From the sequence record SRR22947727_339: a DNA stretch of 64,000 bases, one strand, 5' to 3'. Positions 22,663 to 33,308 of the stretch are shown here, in pieces. A program made the position numbers and the translations under genes. Numbering within the stretch: position 1 is the stretch's first letter; the number at the start of each line of letters is the position of its first letter. Below the pieces are notes generated by a model, which did not search any database, was not told the DNA's origin, and saw only the letters and a list, made by a program, of their open reading frames with translations.

Positions 22663-22965
22663 ATGTCATTTATACAATCCCTTATAATTTACCTTTTAAG
22701 TCCTATTTTAACATTATTGTTCTGGATTTTTGTAGCGTATATGATTTTCTCATGGCTGATAGCATTTAATATCATTAACATGCGTAATTATTCTACTTTA
22801 AGAATTTACAACTTAATAAGAAAAATTTGTGACCCAATTTTAGATCCTATTCGCAGGTTTGTTCCTCCTTTTGGTGGTTTGGATATGGCATTTTTAGTTG
22901 TTGTTTTAGGTTTAAGCTGGGTACGTGGGTATTTAGTACCACAATTATATATAATTTTTGCTTAA
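22663..22965 (+). CDS. yggT: YggT family membrane protein
   Basis: SWL..FNIIN, DPILDPIRR.VPPFGGLD; hydrophobic, 100 aa. Confidence 0.88.
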   Translation: MSFIQSLIIYLLSPILTLLFWIFVAYMIFSWLIAFNIINMRNYSTLRIYNLIRKICDPILDPIRRFVPPFGGLDMAFLVVVLGLSWVRGYLVPQLYIIFA

Positions 22966-23846
22966 GTAGTATGGCATACTTTCATCAAGTAATTTCCATA
23001 ACCACTTTTCTCTAATTCTTTTGCCTGAGCCATAAGATCACTTTTTGTGATCCAGTTATTTCTGTATGCTATTACTTCTGGACAACATATTCTGATACCT
23101 TGACGAGATTGCAATACATTAACAAATTGAGCTGCTTCAAAAAGTGACTTATGAGTACCTGTATCAAGCCAAGTAATCCCGCTTTGCAGAATATTCACAG
23201 TTAATAATCCTTTTGAAAGATATATTTGATTTAAAGAAGAAATTTCTAATTCTTGCCGTTCAGATGGCGTTATCATATGCGCATATTTTGAAGCATTTTC
23301 ATCATAAAAATACAACCCAGTGACTGCATAATTGGACTTAGGGATAAGAGGTTTTTCTTCTATTGATAAAGCCTGTCCATATTTGTCGAAGTCCACTACA
23401 CCATATCTACTTGGATTATTTACTCGATAACCAAATATTGTGGCGCCCTCTTCTAGTGACATAGCTGTCTCAAGGCCACTTGAAAAAGTCTCGCCATAAA
23501 AAAAGTTGTCGCCCAAAATTAATACACAATGATCACCATTCAAAAAATCTTCGGCTATAATTAAAGCCTCAGCTATTCCTCGTGGGGTATTTTGAATTCC
23601 ATAAGTGAAGTTTAAACCCCATTTTGAGCCATCACCTAACAACCTTTTAAAACTTATTTGTTCATGCGGGGTTGTGATAATCATTATTTCTCTAATGCCC
23701 GCTTCCATGAGTACAGAGAGAGGATAAAAAATCATAGGCTTATCATAAATAGGCATTAATTGCTTTGAAGTAGCTATAGTAGAAGGGTGCAAACGAGTAC
23801 CTGTTCCCCCAGCAATTATAATTCCTTTTCTCGAAACTTTTATCAT
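22962..23846 (-). CDS. rfbA: Glucose-1-phosphate thymidylyltransferase
   Basis: KGIIIAGGTGTRLHP, SKQLMPIYDKPM, EKP, AVTGLYFYD and WLDTGT. Confidence 0.93.
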   Translation of the reverse strand: MIKVSRKGIIIAGGTGTRLHPSTIATSKQLMPIYDKPMIFYPLSVLMEAGIREIMIITTPHEQISFKRLLGDGSKWGLNFTYGIQNTPRGIAEALIIAEDFLNGDHCVLILGDNFFYGETFSSGLETAMSLEEGATIFGYRVNNPSRYGVVDFDKYGQALSIEEKPLIPKSNYAVTGLYFYDENASKYAHMITPSERQELEISSLNQIYLSKGLLTVNILQSGITWLDTGTHKSLFEAAQFVNVLQSRQGIRICCPEVIAYRNNWITKSDLMAQAKELEKSGYGNYLMKVCHTT

Positions 23847-23931
23847 ATATTCTTTTTATCTAATTTACTTAAATGCGCAAGTGCGACACCCCTACAATTG
23901 CTTCCTAAAGCTTTACAGGTTAAAGCGGGAA

Positions 23932-25851
23932 ATGTTCGAAGAAATAGCTCATTTCATGTTAATATTAGCCCTTTATGGGTCATTAGCACAAGGGTACTTC
24001 TCGTTGATAGGTGCTCACAAAAATTCAGAAGGTATGATGAGGGCGGGTCGCTATACAGCAACAACTGTTTTTGCGCTAACTTTTTTTTCTTTCATGATTT
24101 TAATATTAGCTTTTGTTGAGTCAAACTTTAGCCTCTTATTAGTTTCAAGTCATTCGCACACACTTAAGCCATTACTTTACAAAATATCAGGTGTTTGGGC
24201 TAATCATGAGGGGTCTATGTTACTCTGGACACTAATACTCACAATGTATGGCGCACTAATTGTACTATTTGGAAAAAATCTGCCGTTGCTTTTAAAGTCG
24301 CGCGCAATAGGCATCCAAGGGATTCTTGCAGTAGGGTTTTTTATATTTATACTGTTCACTTCAAACCCATTTCAAAGAATTAATCCAGTTCCTGTTGAGG
24401 GTTTGGGCTTGAACCCTCTTTTACAAGACCCAGGTTTAGCAATTCACCCTCCAATTTTATACTTAGGTTATGTTGGTTTTTCTGTAGTATTTTCATTTTC
24501 CGTAGCAGCGCTCATAGAAGGAAAAGTTGATGCATTGTGGGCAAAATGGTTAAGACCATGGGTTATGGCATCATGGAGCTTTTTAACCCTGGGTATTACT
24601 CTAGGTTCAATTTGGGCTTATTATGAACTTGGTTGGGGTGGCTGGTGGATGTGGGACCCAGTCGAAAATGTAAGCTTCATGCCTTGGTTGGCAGGAACGG
24701 CCCTTCTACATTCTATAATGACTTTAGGCACAAGACATAAACTTGCTGACTGGACTGTTTTATTAGGTATTTGTACATTTTCACTCTGCCTAGTTGGTAC
24801 TTTTGTAGTCCGCTCTGGGGTTCTTGTGTCTGTCCACTCTTTTGCTACAGATCCAACACGTGGAATTTTTATTTTAATGTTACTCATTATAGTTTCTGGC
24901 AGCGCACTATCGTTGTATGCCTTTCGTTCAAAAAACATAAGAAAACATTTAAAATTCGAACCCTATTCTCGTGAAGGCGGGCTTATTCTTAACAACTTAC
25001 TGTTAGTTATCTCGTGCATTACTGTTTTTATAGGAACCTTCTATCCAATTTTCATCGACGCTATATATGGCGATAAAATAAGCGTTGGAAAGCCATACTT
25101 TGATTTAACATTTACACCAATTATGCTTTTATTAATACTATGTATGGGAACTGCGCCATTGCTAAAATGGAATAAAAATTCAGGAGGCCAAATAATTTCT
25201 TTATTTAAAAAGATAGCCATACCTATGCTAGTCATAATCAGCCTTACGGGCTTAATAGGAAAATCTTTTTGGGGCGCTCTCGGCCTTTCTATTGCAGCAT
25301 ATTTAGCCATAACAACATTAATTGCCATTAAAGTCAGGACCAAAAATTTTAAGTCTTGGAAAAGTTTGCAACCTAAAACATATAGTTTTGCAGTTGCACA
25401 TTTAGGCGTTGCAATTTTTACTGCTGGAGTAGTTTTTATGTCAGTTTGGTCTGAAGATAATATAAATCGCCTCAAGGTTGGTGAAAAGCTAAATGTAGCA
25501 GATTATAGCTTCACATTATCATCAATTAATACAGGAAAACGCAAAAACTATGAATACCTCAACGCAACTATTGATGTTACTAAGAAAAAAGCTTTTATAA
25601 AAGCTTTATCAACTGAACAAAGATTTTACCCTACTCGCAATATAGTTACAACTGAAGCGGGTTTTCATTTTACAATGGGACCAACTATTTTTACTGCTAT
25701 CAGCGAAGGGAATAGTCAAGATGGATGGATCATTAGAGCAAACTACCACCCATTTGTAACTTGGATATGGATAGGTGCATTATTAATGTCACTTGCAGGC
25801 TTCGTATCACTTTTCGATAAAAGTTACTATAGAAAACAAGAAATTTTATGA
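23932..25851 (+). CDS. ccmF: Cytochrome c heme lyase subunit CcmF
   Basis: WANHEGSMLLW, LNPLLQ, HPP, the WWD motif WAYYELGWGGWWMWDPVEN and SVHSFA; ATG at 23932. Confidence 0.95.
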   Translation: MFEEIAHFMLILALYGSLAQGYFSLIGAHKNSEGMMRAGRYTATTVFALTFFSFMILILAFVESNFSLLLVSSHSHTLKPLLYKISGVWANHEGSMLLWTLILTMYGALIVLFGKNLPLLLKSRAIGIQGILAVGFFIFILFTSNPFQRINPVPVEGLGLNPLLQDPGLAIHPPILYLGYVGFSVVFSFSVAALIEGKVDALWAKWLRPWVMASWSFLTLGITLGSIWAYYELGWGGWWMWDPVENVSFMPWLAGTALLHSIMTLGTRHKLADWTVLLGICTFSLCLVGTFVVRSGVLVSVHSFATDPTRGIFILMLLIIVSGSALSLYAFRSKNIRKHLKFEPYSREGGLILNNLLLVISCITVFIGTFYPIFIDAIYGDKISVGKPYFDLTFTPIMLLLILCMGTAPLLKWNKNSGGQIISLFKKIAIPMLVIISLTGLIGKSFWGALGLSIAAYLAITTLIAIKVRTKNFKSWKSLQPKTYSFAVAHLGVAIFTAGVVFMSVWSEDNINRLKVGEKLNVADYSFTLSSINTGKRKNYEYLNATIDVTKKKAFIKALSTEQRFYPTRNIVTTEAGFHFTMGPTIFTAISEGNSQDGWIIRANYHPFVTWIWIGALLMSLAGFVSLFDKSYYRKQEIL

Positions 25852-26375
25852 TCAGATCACTCATACCTTTAATAACTTTATTTATTATTTCATTACTTTT
25901 TGCTATTGGATTGACAAAAGATCCAAGTTCTATCCCCTCTGAATTAATTAACCAAAAATTCCCTAGTTTTAACTTATCTGAACTATATGATGAAGAAAGT
26001 ATTGTTACCGAGAAGGACTTATTAAATAAGGTTTCTTTAGTTAACGTCTTTGGGTCTTGGTGTGCAGCATGTATTACAGAGCACCCATATTTAATGGAAA
26101 TATCCAAAAATGAAAATATTAACCTAATTGGAATGAACTGGAGAGACGATAGGGCTAAAGCAATAGATTGGCTTAAATATTATGGCGATCCCTATGAAAA
26201 AATAATTTTTGATGACGAAAGTACTTTAGCAATTCAATTGGGAGTAACTGGTGCGCCGGAAAGCTTCATAATTGATTATCAAGGCCAAATTAAATATAAA
26301 CACGTTGGAGTAATTAATAATAAAATTTGGGAAAAAGATATACTGCCCGTGATAAATGGCCTGAATAAGATATGA
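25848..26375 (+). CDS. ccmG: Periplasmic thiol:disulfide oxidoreductase CcmG/DsbE
   Basis: N-terminal anchor, SWCAAC..EHP and GVTGAPES. Confidence 0.9.
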   Translation: MIRSLIPLITLFIISLLFAIGLTKDPSSIPSELINQKFPSFNLSELYDEESIVTEKDLLNKVSLVNVFGSWCAACITEHPYLMEISKNENINLIGMNWRDDRAKAIDWLKYYGDPYEKIIFDDESTLAIQLGVTGAPESFIIDYQGQIKYKHVGVINNKIWEKDILPVINGLNKI

Positions 26376-26737
26376 GAAAATGGTGCCTTATACCCTTCAT
26401 GGCAGTAGCTTTGTCCTTCAATGCAATATCGAGTGTTCCACAAAATGACATAGACATTAGAAGTAAAGCTATAGGTAAATCTCTACGCTGCGTTGTCTGC
26501 CAAAATCAATCTATAGAAGATTCAGATGCACCTCTAGCAGCAGATATGCGTCAGCTTGTTAAAAAAAGAATTTCAGAGGGTGATACTAATGATGAAGTTA
26601 TTAATTATATGAGAAATCAATATGGGGATTTTGTACTTCTCAAACCTCCCTTTCAAGGCAATACACTCACTCTATGGCTATTACCGTTTATATTGATTGC
26701 TGTATCTGGCGCATGGTTTTTTAAAACTAAAAAGTAA
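26372..26737 (+). CDS. ccmH: Cytochrome c biogenesis protein CcmH/CycL
   Basis: LRCVVCQNQSIEDS, YGDFVL..PP and a C-terminal TM helix. Confidence 0.93.
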   Translation: MRKWCLIPFMAVALSFNAISSVPQNDIDIRSKAIGKSLRCVVCQNQSIEDSDAPLAADMRQLVKKRISEGDTNDEVINYMRNQYGDFVLLKPPFQGNTLTLWLLPFILIAVSGAWFFKTKK

Positions 26738-26741
26738 TTCT

Positions 26742-27188
26742 ATGATTTGGGTAATAATTTCTATACTTACGATTTTTGTTATTTTGATAATATCAGCACC
26801 ATTAACTAATACACTAAAAAACTATCGATTATTAAAAATAAGTTTTTTTCTTGGGTTTTCAATACTGTCTATATCTACATATATTCTTATCAGTTATCCG
26901 AGTTATAAAGAATTTGAAAGCAATACAAATGCAATAGTAAATCTTAAAAATTTAGCCACTTTAGAGACCACCCCTCCTGAAAAACAAATGGAAGAAATAT
27001 TATTCATGGTTAATAAATTAGCAAAAAGTTTAGAATCAAAACCAGATAATATTGAAGGCTGGAGAGCTCTTTTACAGGCTAGAAGTTTTTTAAGTCAATC
27101 AACTCAGATAGAAAAAGATAAAATTAAAATACAAAAAATATTCAAAAACAACCCTATCGTATTAAAAGATATTTTAGATGGCTTCTAA
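26742..27188 (+). CDS. Shortened CcmI/CycH-like protein
   Basis: Two N-terminal TM helices and MVNKLAKSLESKPDNIEGW, resembling CycH TPR-like helices; follows ccmH. Confidence 0.55.
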   Translation: MIWVIISILTIFVILIISAPLTNTLKNYRLLKISFFLGFSILSISTYILISYPSYKEFESNTNAIVNLKNLATLETTPPEKQMEEILFMVNKLAKSLESKPDNIEGWRALLQARSFLSQSTQIEKDKIKIQKIFKNNPIVLKDILDGF

Positions 27189-27238
27189 AAAAACCTTTCC
27201 TATTGCTCAACTTTTAGACTTAGTGCAAAAGCTAGATT

Positions 27239-28102
27239 ATGAATTGGCTCAATAAACTTACCCCTCCGGGTATTAAAGATATATTCTCTAAAAGAGACAC
27301 ACCAGACAACCTATGGATAAAGTGCCCTAAATCAAACGAAATGGTTTTTTCTGCTGATCTACCAGGCTTATTACATGTTACTCCAGCAGGGCATCATTTA
27401 CGCATAGGGCCTCAAATGCGAATGGATTACACGTTCGATAATAAAACCTATTCTGAAATAAGTATTCCAGAGGTTGCAAAAGATCCATTAAAATTCAAGG
27501 ATGACCAAAAGTATACTGATCGTCTAAAAAAAGCACGAACAAAGACAGGCAATCAAGATGCAATGACAATTGGTATAGGAAAAATTCATGGAATAGATAC
27601 CGTGGTATTAGTTCAAAATTTTGCTTTTATGGGTGGTTCTTTGGGGATGGCAGCTGGGGAAGGATTCATAACAGCAGCAGAGCATGCAATTTCAAATAAC
27701 TTGCCATTAATTGTTTTTACAGCAGCTGGCGGAGCACGAATGCAAGAAGGCGCACTTAGCCTTATGCAAATGCCTCGAACAACAATAGCTGTTCAAAAAT
27801 TACGTGAAGCAAATTTACCATATATTACAGTTCTATGTGACCCTACTACAGGAGGAGTAACAGCAAGTTATGCAATGCTTGGGGACATACAACTCGCTGA
27901 GCCTGGTGCACTAATTTGCTTTGCGGGCCCACGGGTTATTGAAGAAACAATTAGAGAAAAACTTCCTGATGGATTTCAAAGAGCCGAGTTTCTTGAAGAA
28001 AAAGGAATGATAGATCGTGTTGTTAATAGACATGATATGCGTGATACATTAGCAAATATTCTATCCGTACTACTAAAATTAGATAATATAGAAAATGAAT
28101 AA
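27239..28102 (+). CDS. accD: Acetyl-CoA carboxylase carboxyltransferase beta subunit
   Basis: LWIKCP, FMGGSLG, GGARMQEG, PTTGGVTAS and FAGPRVIE; accD-folC synteny. Confidence 0.95.
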   Translation: MNWLNKLTPPGIKDIFSKRDTPDNLWIKCPKSNEMVFSADLPGLLHVTPAGHHLRIGPQMRMDYTFDNKTYSEISIPEVAKDPLKFKDDQKYTDRLKKARTKTGNQDAMTIGIGKIHGIDTVVLVQNFAFMGGSLGMAAGEGFITAAEHAISNNLPLIVFTAAGGARMQEGALSLMQMPRTTIAVQKLREANLPYITVLCDPTTGGVTASYAMLGDIQLAEPGALICFAGPRVIEETIREKLPDGFQRAEFLEEKGMIDRVVNRHDMRDTLANILSVLLKLDNIENE

Positions 28103-29420
28103 AGTAGAAGCTAACCATGAGCTTCTCAAAGCACTATCCAAATTAGAGAGGCTTCATCCCAAAAAAATTGATTTAGGCTTAGGCCGTATCGAAAGCGTTT
28201 TAAAAAAATTAGGTAATCCTCAAAAAAAGCTTCCTCAAACAATACATGTTGCTGGAACAAATGGGAAAGGTTCAACAGTAGCATACATCAAAGCATTTGC
28301 AGAAGCGCAGGGTAAAAAAGTTCACGTATATACATCACCTCATCTTGTTAATTTTAATGAAAGAATAGTCATTGCATCAGAAATAATTTCCGATAAATAT
28401 TTAGTGAGTGTCCTAGATCGTGTAACCACCATAAATAATAATCAGCCATTATCTTTCTTTGAAGCCACAACAGCAGCTGCACTTTTAGCCTTTTCTGAAA
28501 TAAAAGCAGATTTATGCATTATAGAAGTGGGGCTTGGGGGGAGATACGATGCTACTAATGTAATCACACCACATTGCTGTGCCATAACACCTATAGACCT
28601 TGACCACTCAGAATTTCTTGGAAATGACATTGCTAAAATAGCTAAAGAAAAATCCGGTATTATCAAGGCAAATAATCCAATAATAGTAGGCCCGCAATCA
28701 GAGATTGCACGCTCTATTTTGGAAACCGAGGCTAATAAAAATAAATCAAAGATAGCGTTTTGGGGAACAGACTTTAGGTCATATCTACAACAAGGCAGAC
28801 TTATTTTTGAAAGTAATAGTCAGCTCATGGACTTACCATTACCGGCATTACATGGTGATCACCAAATTATTAATGCAGGAACAGCAATAGCTGTTGCACT
28901 GCAATTTGGCATATCTGAAAAATCTATAAGCAAAGGATTAAAGTCTGTATCTTGGCCGGCTCGCATGCAAAATCTTCAAAATGGGGGTTTAGCTGATATG
29001 GTAATCGATAGTGGTGGAGAACTTTGGCTTGACGGAGGTCATAACCCCCATGCAGCTCTTGCGGTAGGAAATACTTTAGCAGGGCTTGAAGCAAAACTAT
29101 CAAGACCCTTAATACTTATTATAGGAATGCTCAAAAATAAAGATTTCAACGGATATTTGAAAGCATTCAAAGGTCTTGCTTGCTATGTAGTAGCCGTTGA
29201 CATCCCAGGACATGCATCGTTTACTCCAGAAGAAATAGTAGATTCTGCCCGGGCACAAGGGATAGATGGTCAGATAGCTAATAATTTAATTGATGCCGTT
29301 CAAAGGGCAATTAATACCGGAGAGGCTATGTCAAGAGAGTCAGCAGATGAACCTATTGTCCCGCCAAGAATATTAATCTGCGGTTCTCTTTATTTAGCTG
29401 GAGAGGTGTTAAAGCTTTAA
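28095..29420 (+). CDS. folC: Folylpolyglutamate synthase/dihydrofolate synthase
   Basis: HVAGTNGKGS, YTSPHL..FNERI, EVGLGGRYDATN, LDGGHNP and CGSLYLAG. Confidence 0.95.
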   Translation: MNKVEANHELLKALSKLERLHPKKIDLGLGRIESVLKKLGNPQKKLPQTIHVAGTNGKGSTVAYIKAFAEAQGKKVHVYTSPHLVNFNERIVIASEIISDKYLVSVLDRVTTINNNQPLSFFEATTAAALLAFSEIKADLCIIEVGLGGRYDATNVITPHCCAITPIDLDHSEFLGNDIAKIAKEKSGIIKANNPIIVGPQSEIARSILETEANKNKSKIAFWGTDFRSYLQQGRLIFESNSQLMDLPLPALHGDHQIINAGTAIAVALQFGISEKSISKGLKSVSWPARMQNLQNGGLADMVIDSGGELWLDGGHNPHAALAVGNTLAGLEAKLSRPLILIIGMLKNKDFNGYLKAFKGLACYVVAVDIPGHASFTPEEIVDSARAQGIDGQIANNLIDAVQRAINTGEAMSRESADEPIVPPRILICGSLYLAGEVLKL

Positions 29421-29462
29421 AATAATAGTATTTAAAGAGCTCAGTATATAAAAAATTTTATA

Positions 29463-29786
29463 TTAATCAGTATGCTCATTCACCCATTCAGAAAGTTTTG
29501 TTTTAGTCATCGCTCCTACTTTGGTGGCTACAACTTGACCAGATTTAAATATCATGAGGGTTGGAATTCCTCTAACATGAAATTTAGCAGGTGTATCGGG
29601 ATCATCATCAATATTAACTTTAGCAATTTTAATCTTTTCTCCCATTTCATTTGAGATTTCTTCTAAAGCGGGCCCAATTTGTTTACATGGTCCGCACCAC
29701 TCAGCCCAAAAATCAACTAAAACTGGTGCTTCAGACTCAATAACATCAGTTTTGAAACTTGCGTCTGTAACTTTAATAGTGGCCAT
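29463..29786 (-). CDS. trxA: Thioredoxin
   Basis: WAEWCGPCK and RGIPTL; downstream of addA as usual in alphaproteobacteria. Confidence 0.96.
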   Translation of the reverse strand: MATIKVTDASFKTDVIESEAPVLVDFWAEWCGPCKQIGPALEEISNEMGEKIKIAKVNIDDDPDTPAKFHVRGIPTLMIFKSGQVVATKVGAMTKTKLSEWVNEHTD

Positions 29787-29819
29787 GTATTTTTCCTCAG
29801 AATTTTTTTGTATCTACAT

Positions 29820-32800
29820 CTAATTAGGAACTGAGTTTAATTGCGTCAAGGTTGCATCTAATAGATCCCCATCTAATATCATCATTTTTGGTTTATTTGT
29901 CCAAAGTAATGAACAAACTATCTCATGTTTTGGATATACTGAACGAACTAAATCGCGATATACAGCCATTTGGCCTAAATAAATACTAGGCACATCACCT
30001 ATAGTTTTAGGAACATCCTTATTTGATTTATAGTCTACAATAAAAACCTCATTATCTGTTATATAAATACGGTCTACTTGTGCATTCAAAAAAACATTCT
30101 TACCAAAGTTCTTGGTAGATCCTATGATTGAGACCTCTGCCTTGCTTCCTGGAGAAAATATTTTTGAAAATTCAGGGCTATCAAGTATTGAAAACACTTC
30201 AGTAGAAATCTTATTTTTGTATTCTTTGTCATTTATATTGTGATTTTGTAAAATTTTATCTGCCACATCCAGACGTTTATCTAATTCAACATCAGGCAAA
30301 ATTTCAAGTAATTTATGAATAATATTTCCATGACTGAACTTGAAATCATTATTTTTTCTCAATGGCGAATGAACAGGAAATTTATATTTTTTATCAGTTA
30401 AAAGCCTCGATGGGTTTATATAAACTTTAGCTTCGTCCTGTTTTGTTACCATCTCATGACACCAATTTGGGACAGAGACATTGATGGTTTGTTTTTTTAA
30501 TCTTTGCACAGAAGGGCTTTCAGGGCCTTTTCCATAAGCTTGAACCTTACCAAAAGCTGCTTCTGTTTCAAAAGTATTCATACCCTCAAAGGCTTTTGAG
30601 GCAATTTCATACCAACAGTTTTCATTCACTTTACTACTGTTACCTGACATATAGCCGCATATAATGAGTCGTGATTCCGCTCGAGTTAGAGCCACATAGA
30701 GCTGGCGCAAATATTCTTGTTGAATTTTACCTTCTTTAGCTTCCTTACAATGACTAAGTTTTTCTAGAGAATTTGTTTTCGATATATTTTTGTAATACCC
30801 AGCGAAGGTTTTATTTTCTTCATTTTCAAATATTGGAAGTAAAGCATTATTTTGCACTTTCGGCATCCCAGTAGTATCCGGTAAGATAACAACTGGTGCC
30901 TCAAGGCCTTTAGCACCGTGAATTGTCATAACACGAACTTGCCCCCTATTCTCACTCATTTCGCGTTTGAGCTCTAGCTCCTCACTAATAAATTCATGTA
31001 CAAAGTATTGTAGAGATGGAGCTCTTGTTCTTTGATGTTCAAGAGTTTGAGCAAGGAACGCTTCTAATGCGTCTTTGGCCTCTAGGCCCAAACGTAAATA
31101 AATTTTCCGCAAAAAACTTGAACTCGGTTCAGGTTTAAAATTTAGAACGAAGTTAAAAAATTCATAGGGAGGGTATATTTTTGAAGCATGAATAATTTTT
31201 TTGAGCACATTAGCTATTTTTGGTTTTTTCTCTTTTAGTGATTTCCAAAGGGAACCTTTTTTATTACGACCATATGAAACTTCAAATAGCATCTCTTCAG
31301 AAAAACAAAATAAAGGCCCTTTTAAAACTTCCGCAAGAGATAAGTCATCAGATTGCAATAAAGTAAACTTCGCCAAAGAAATCATATCTTTTACAACAAT
31401 TGTACTTTGTAGTTTTAATCTATCAGCACCCGACACAGGAATACCTAAGGTTTTTAGATTTCGAATAATTGCATGAAAAAATGGATCCCTTTTGCGAACA
31501 AGAATCATGACATCACTTGCTTCCATCGGCCTATATATCGGTTTTTTTTCATTTTCAGATTTTGACCTATCGTAAATCAAATCATTAGAATCTATCCATT
31601 TTTTTAATTGTGAAGCAATATTTTTTGCTAAACTTTCTCTTGATGATACTTTTGATAAAGCGTCAACAGGCCTTGTATTCCATGGGTCAGCCTCTTCCAT
31701 CGTTTTTGGAGTTTCAGTCAATGGCCATATTTCTACGCGGCCTTGGTCAGTTCGATGAGCCAAATGACGATTAATACTTGATTCTGGTGTGATAATTCTA
31801 TCATCAAACATTTTTTCAAGGTAGCAATTATCAACAAAGATTTGATCCACAAACTTTAGTATTTCCGGTGCAGACCTGAATGACATCTGCATTCGTATTT
31901 CATTATCATTAGTGCCCAAAAATTCATTAATCTTTTTTAGAAAAATTTCTGGCTCAGCTCCTTGAAAAGAATAAATAGATTGTTTCTCATCCCCCACAGC
32001 AAACAAAGTCCTTGGATTTTTACGATCTTTCTGAGGGCTTTCATTAATAAAAGACTCATTAAGGGTATCAATAATCTCCCATTGTGTCTCCGATGTATCT
32101 TGCGCTTCATCCAGTAGTATATGTTCAATACCGCCATCAAGCTTATATTTAACCCAATCTGAAACGTGTTTGTTTTTTAAAAGATTGCGGACCATTGAAA
32201 TTTGATCTTGAAAATCTAATTTATAATTTAACAATTTATTATATTTATATTTTCCTAAGTAGGCTTCAGAAATAGTCAATATTGAATCATTTAATCTCAA
32301 ACAATCATAGGATAGAGACTTTTGATGCACATTAAAAATTCTTTGTGCTTCTTTATTCTCCCACCAAAAAAACTCATGGAGTTCTTGATTAAAACCTTTC
32401 GCAATAAGACGTTTATTTAAGGTTCTTGCTTGATTCAGAAATAGGTAAATATAATTAGTAATAGCTTCAATTTTATTAGAATTATCGCAACATTGAAGTA
32501 TTACTTTTCCCATATCTTGATATTGAGTTTTACCGGTTAATAGTAGTTTAGCTTTCGGTCTGAGAGAATTCCAATCCGTTAAATCATATGCCTCTTTTAA
32601 CAGCTCTTCTTTGGTACTCTCTTCTTTAATACCTAAAATACTTGCCAACTGACTTGTGCCACCGACTAATTTCCACTTTTCAACCTTATCTTCGTTTTCA
32701 ATTGCCCACTCAAAGATATCATCCAAAAGGTCTTTATTATCAGATGATAAAAACTGAATAGCTTTACATAGATCGCTATTGCTATCTTCTTTAATGGTTT

Positions 32801-33308
32801 GATAAATCTCATCTTGAGTTAACTTCTCAAGTTTTATTTTTTCTTTTTCTTTTAATGTTTTAAAACCAGGAAGAATTCCTGCTTCAATAGGGAAGCGTAA
32901 TAAAAGATTCTCACAAAAAGAGTGTATTGTTTGAACCTTAAGTCCTTCAGGCGTCTCTAATGCAGCAGCAAAAAGACGCCGAGCCTTTGATAGATCTTTT
33001 ACCGGTTGATGTCTTCCAAAGAGACTTACTAATTCTTTTTCTAATTTATCTTCACTGCACACAGACCACTCACCTAATGTTCTAAAAAGGCGGCTTTGCA
33101 TTTCAGACGCTGCAGCGTTTGTGTAAGTCAAGCAAAGTATTTTATTGGGCAAAGTTCCTTGCAATAGTATTCTTGATACTCGGGCTACTAAAACTCTTGT
33201 TTTTCCTGAGCCTGCATTAGCTGTAACAAATCTCATATGAGATGGATCAGCTGCACTTCTTTGCGCATTTAATGCATCGATGTAATCAGGAGTTATTGAA
33301 TCAACCAT
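29820..33308 (-). CDS. addA: Double-strand break repair helicase/nuclease AddA
   Basis: ANAGSGKT, LLDEAQDT, VGDEKQSIYSFQGA, TIHGAKGLE, YVALTRA and a C-terminal nuclease motif VDR...VDYKS. Confidence 0.93.
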   Translation of the reverse strand: MVDSITPDYIDALNAQRSAADPSHMRFVTANAGSGKTRVLVARVSRILLQGTLPNKILCLTYTNAAASEMQSRLFRTLGEWSVCSEDKLEKELVSLFGRHQPVKDLSKARRLFAAALETPEGLKVQTIHSFCENLLLRFPIEAGILPGFKTLKEKEKIKLEKLTQDEIYQTIKEDSNSDLCKAIQFLSSDNKDLLDDIFEWAIENEDKVEKWKLVGGTSQLASILGIKEESTKEELLKEAYDLTDWNSLRPKAKLLLTGKTQYQDMGKVILQCCDNSNKIEAITNYIYLFLNQARTLNKRLIAKGFNQELHEFFWWENKEAQRIFNVHQKSLSYDCLRLNDSILTISEAYLGKYKYNKLLNYKLDFQDQISMVRNLLKNKHVSDWVKYKLDGGIEHILLDEAQDTSETQWEIIDTLNESFINESPQKDRKNPRTLFAVGDEKQSIYSFQGAEPEIFLKKINEFLGTNDNEIRMQMSFRSAPEILKFVDQIFVDNCYLEKMFDDRIITPESSINRHLAHRTDQGRVEIWPLTETPKTMEEADPWNTRPVDALSKVSSRESLAKNIASQLKKWIDSNDLIYDRSKSENEKKPIYRPMEASDVMILVRKRDPFFHAIIRNLKTLGIPVSGADRLKLQSTIVVKDMISLAKFTLLQSDDLSLAEVLKGPLFCFSEEMLFEVSYGRNKKGSLWKSLKEKKPKIANVLKKIIHASKIYPPYEFFNFVLNFKPEPSSSFLRKIYLRLGLEAKDALEAFLAQTLEHQRTRAPSLQYFVHEFISEELELKREMSENRGQVRVMTIHGAKGLEAPVVILPDTTGMPKVQNNALLPIFENEENKTFAGYYKNISKTNSLEKLSHCKEAKEGKIQQEYLRQLYVALTRAESRLIICGYMSGNSSKVNENCWYEIASKAFEGMNTFETEAAFGKVQAYGKGPESPSVQRLKKQTINVSVPNWCHEMVTKQDEAKVYINPSRLLTDKKYKFPVHSPLRKNNDFKFSHGNIIHKLLEILPDVELDKRLDVADKILQNHNINDKEYKNKISTEVFSILDSPEFSKIFSPGSKAEVSIIGSTKNFGKNVFLNAQVDRIYITDNEVFIVDYKSNKDVPKTIGDVPSIYLGQMAVYRDLVRSVYPKHEIVCSLLWTNKPKMMILDGDLLDATLTQLNSVPN

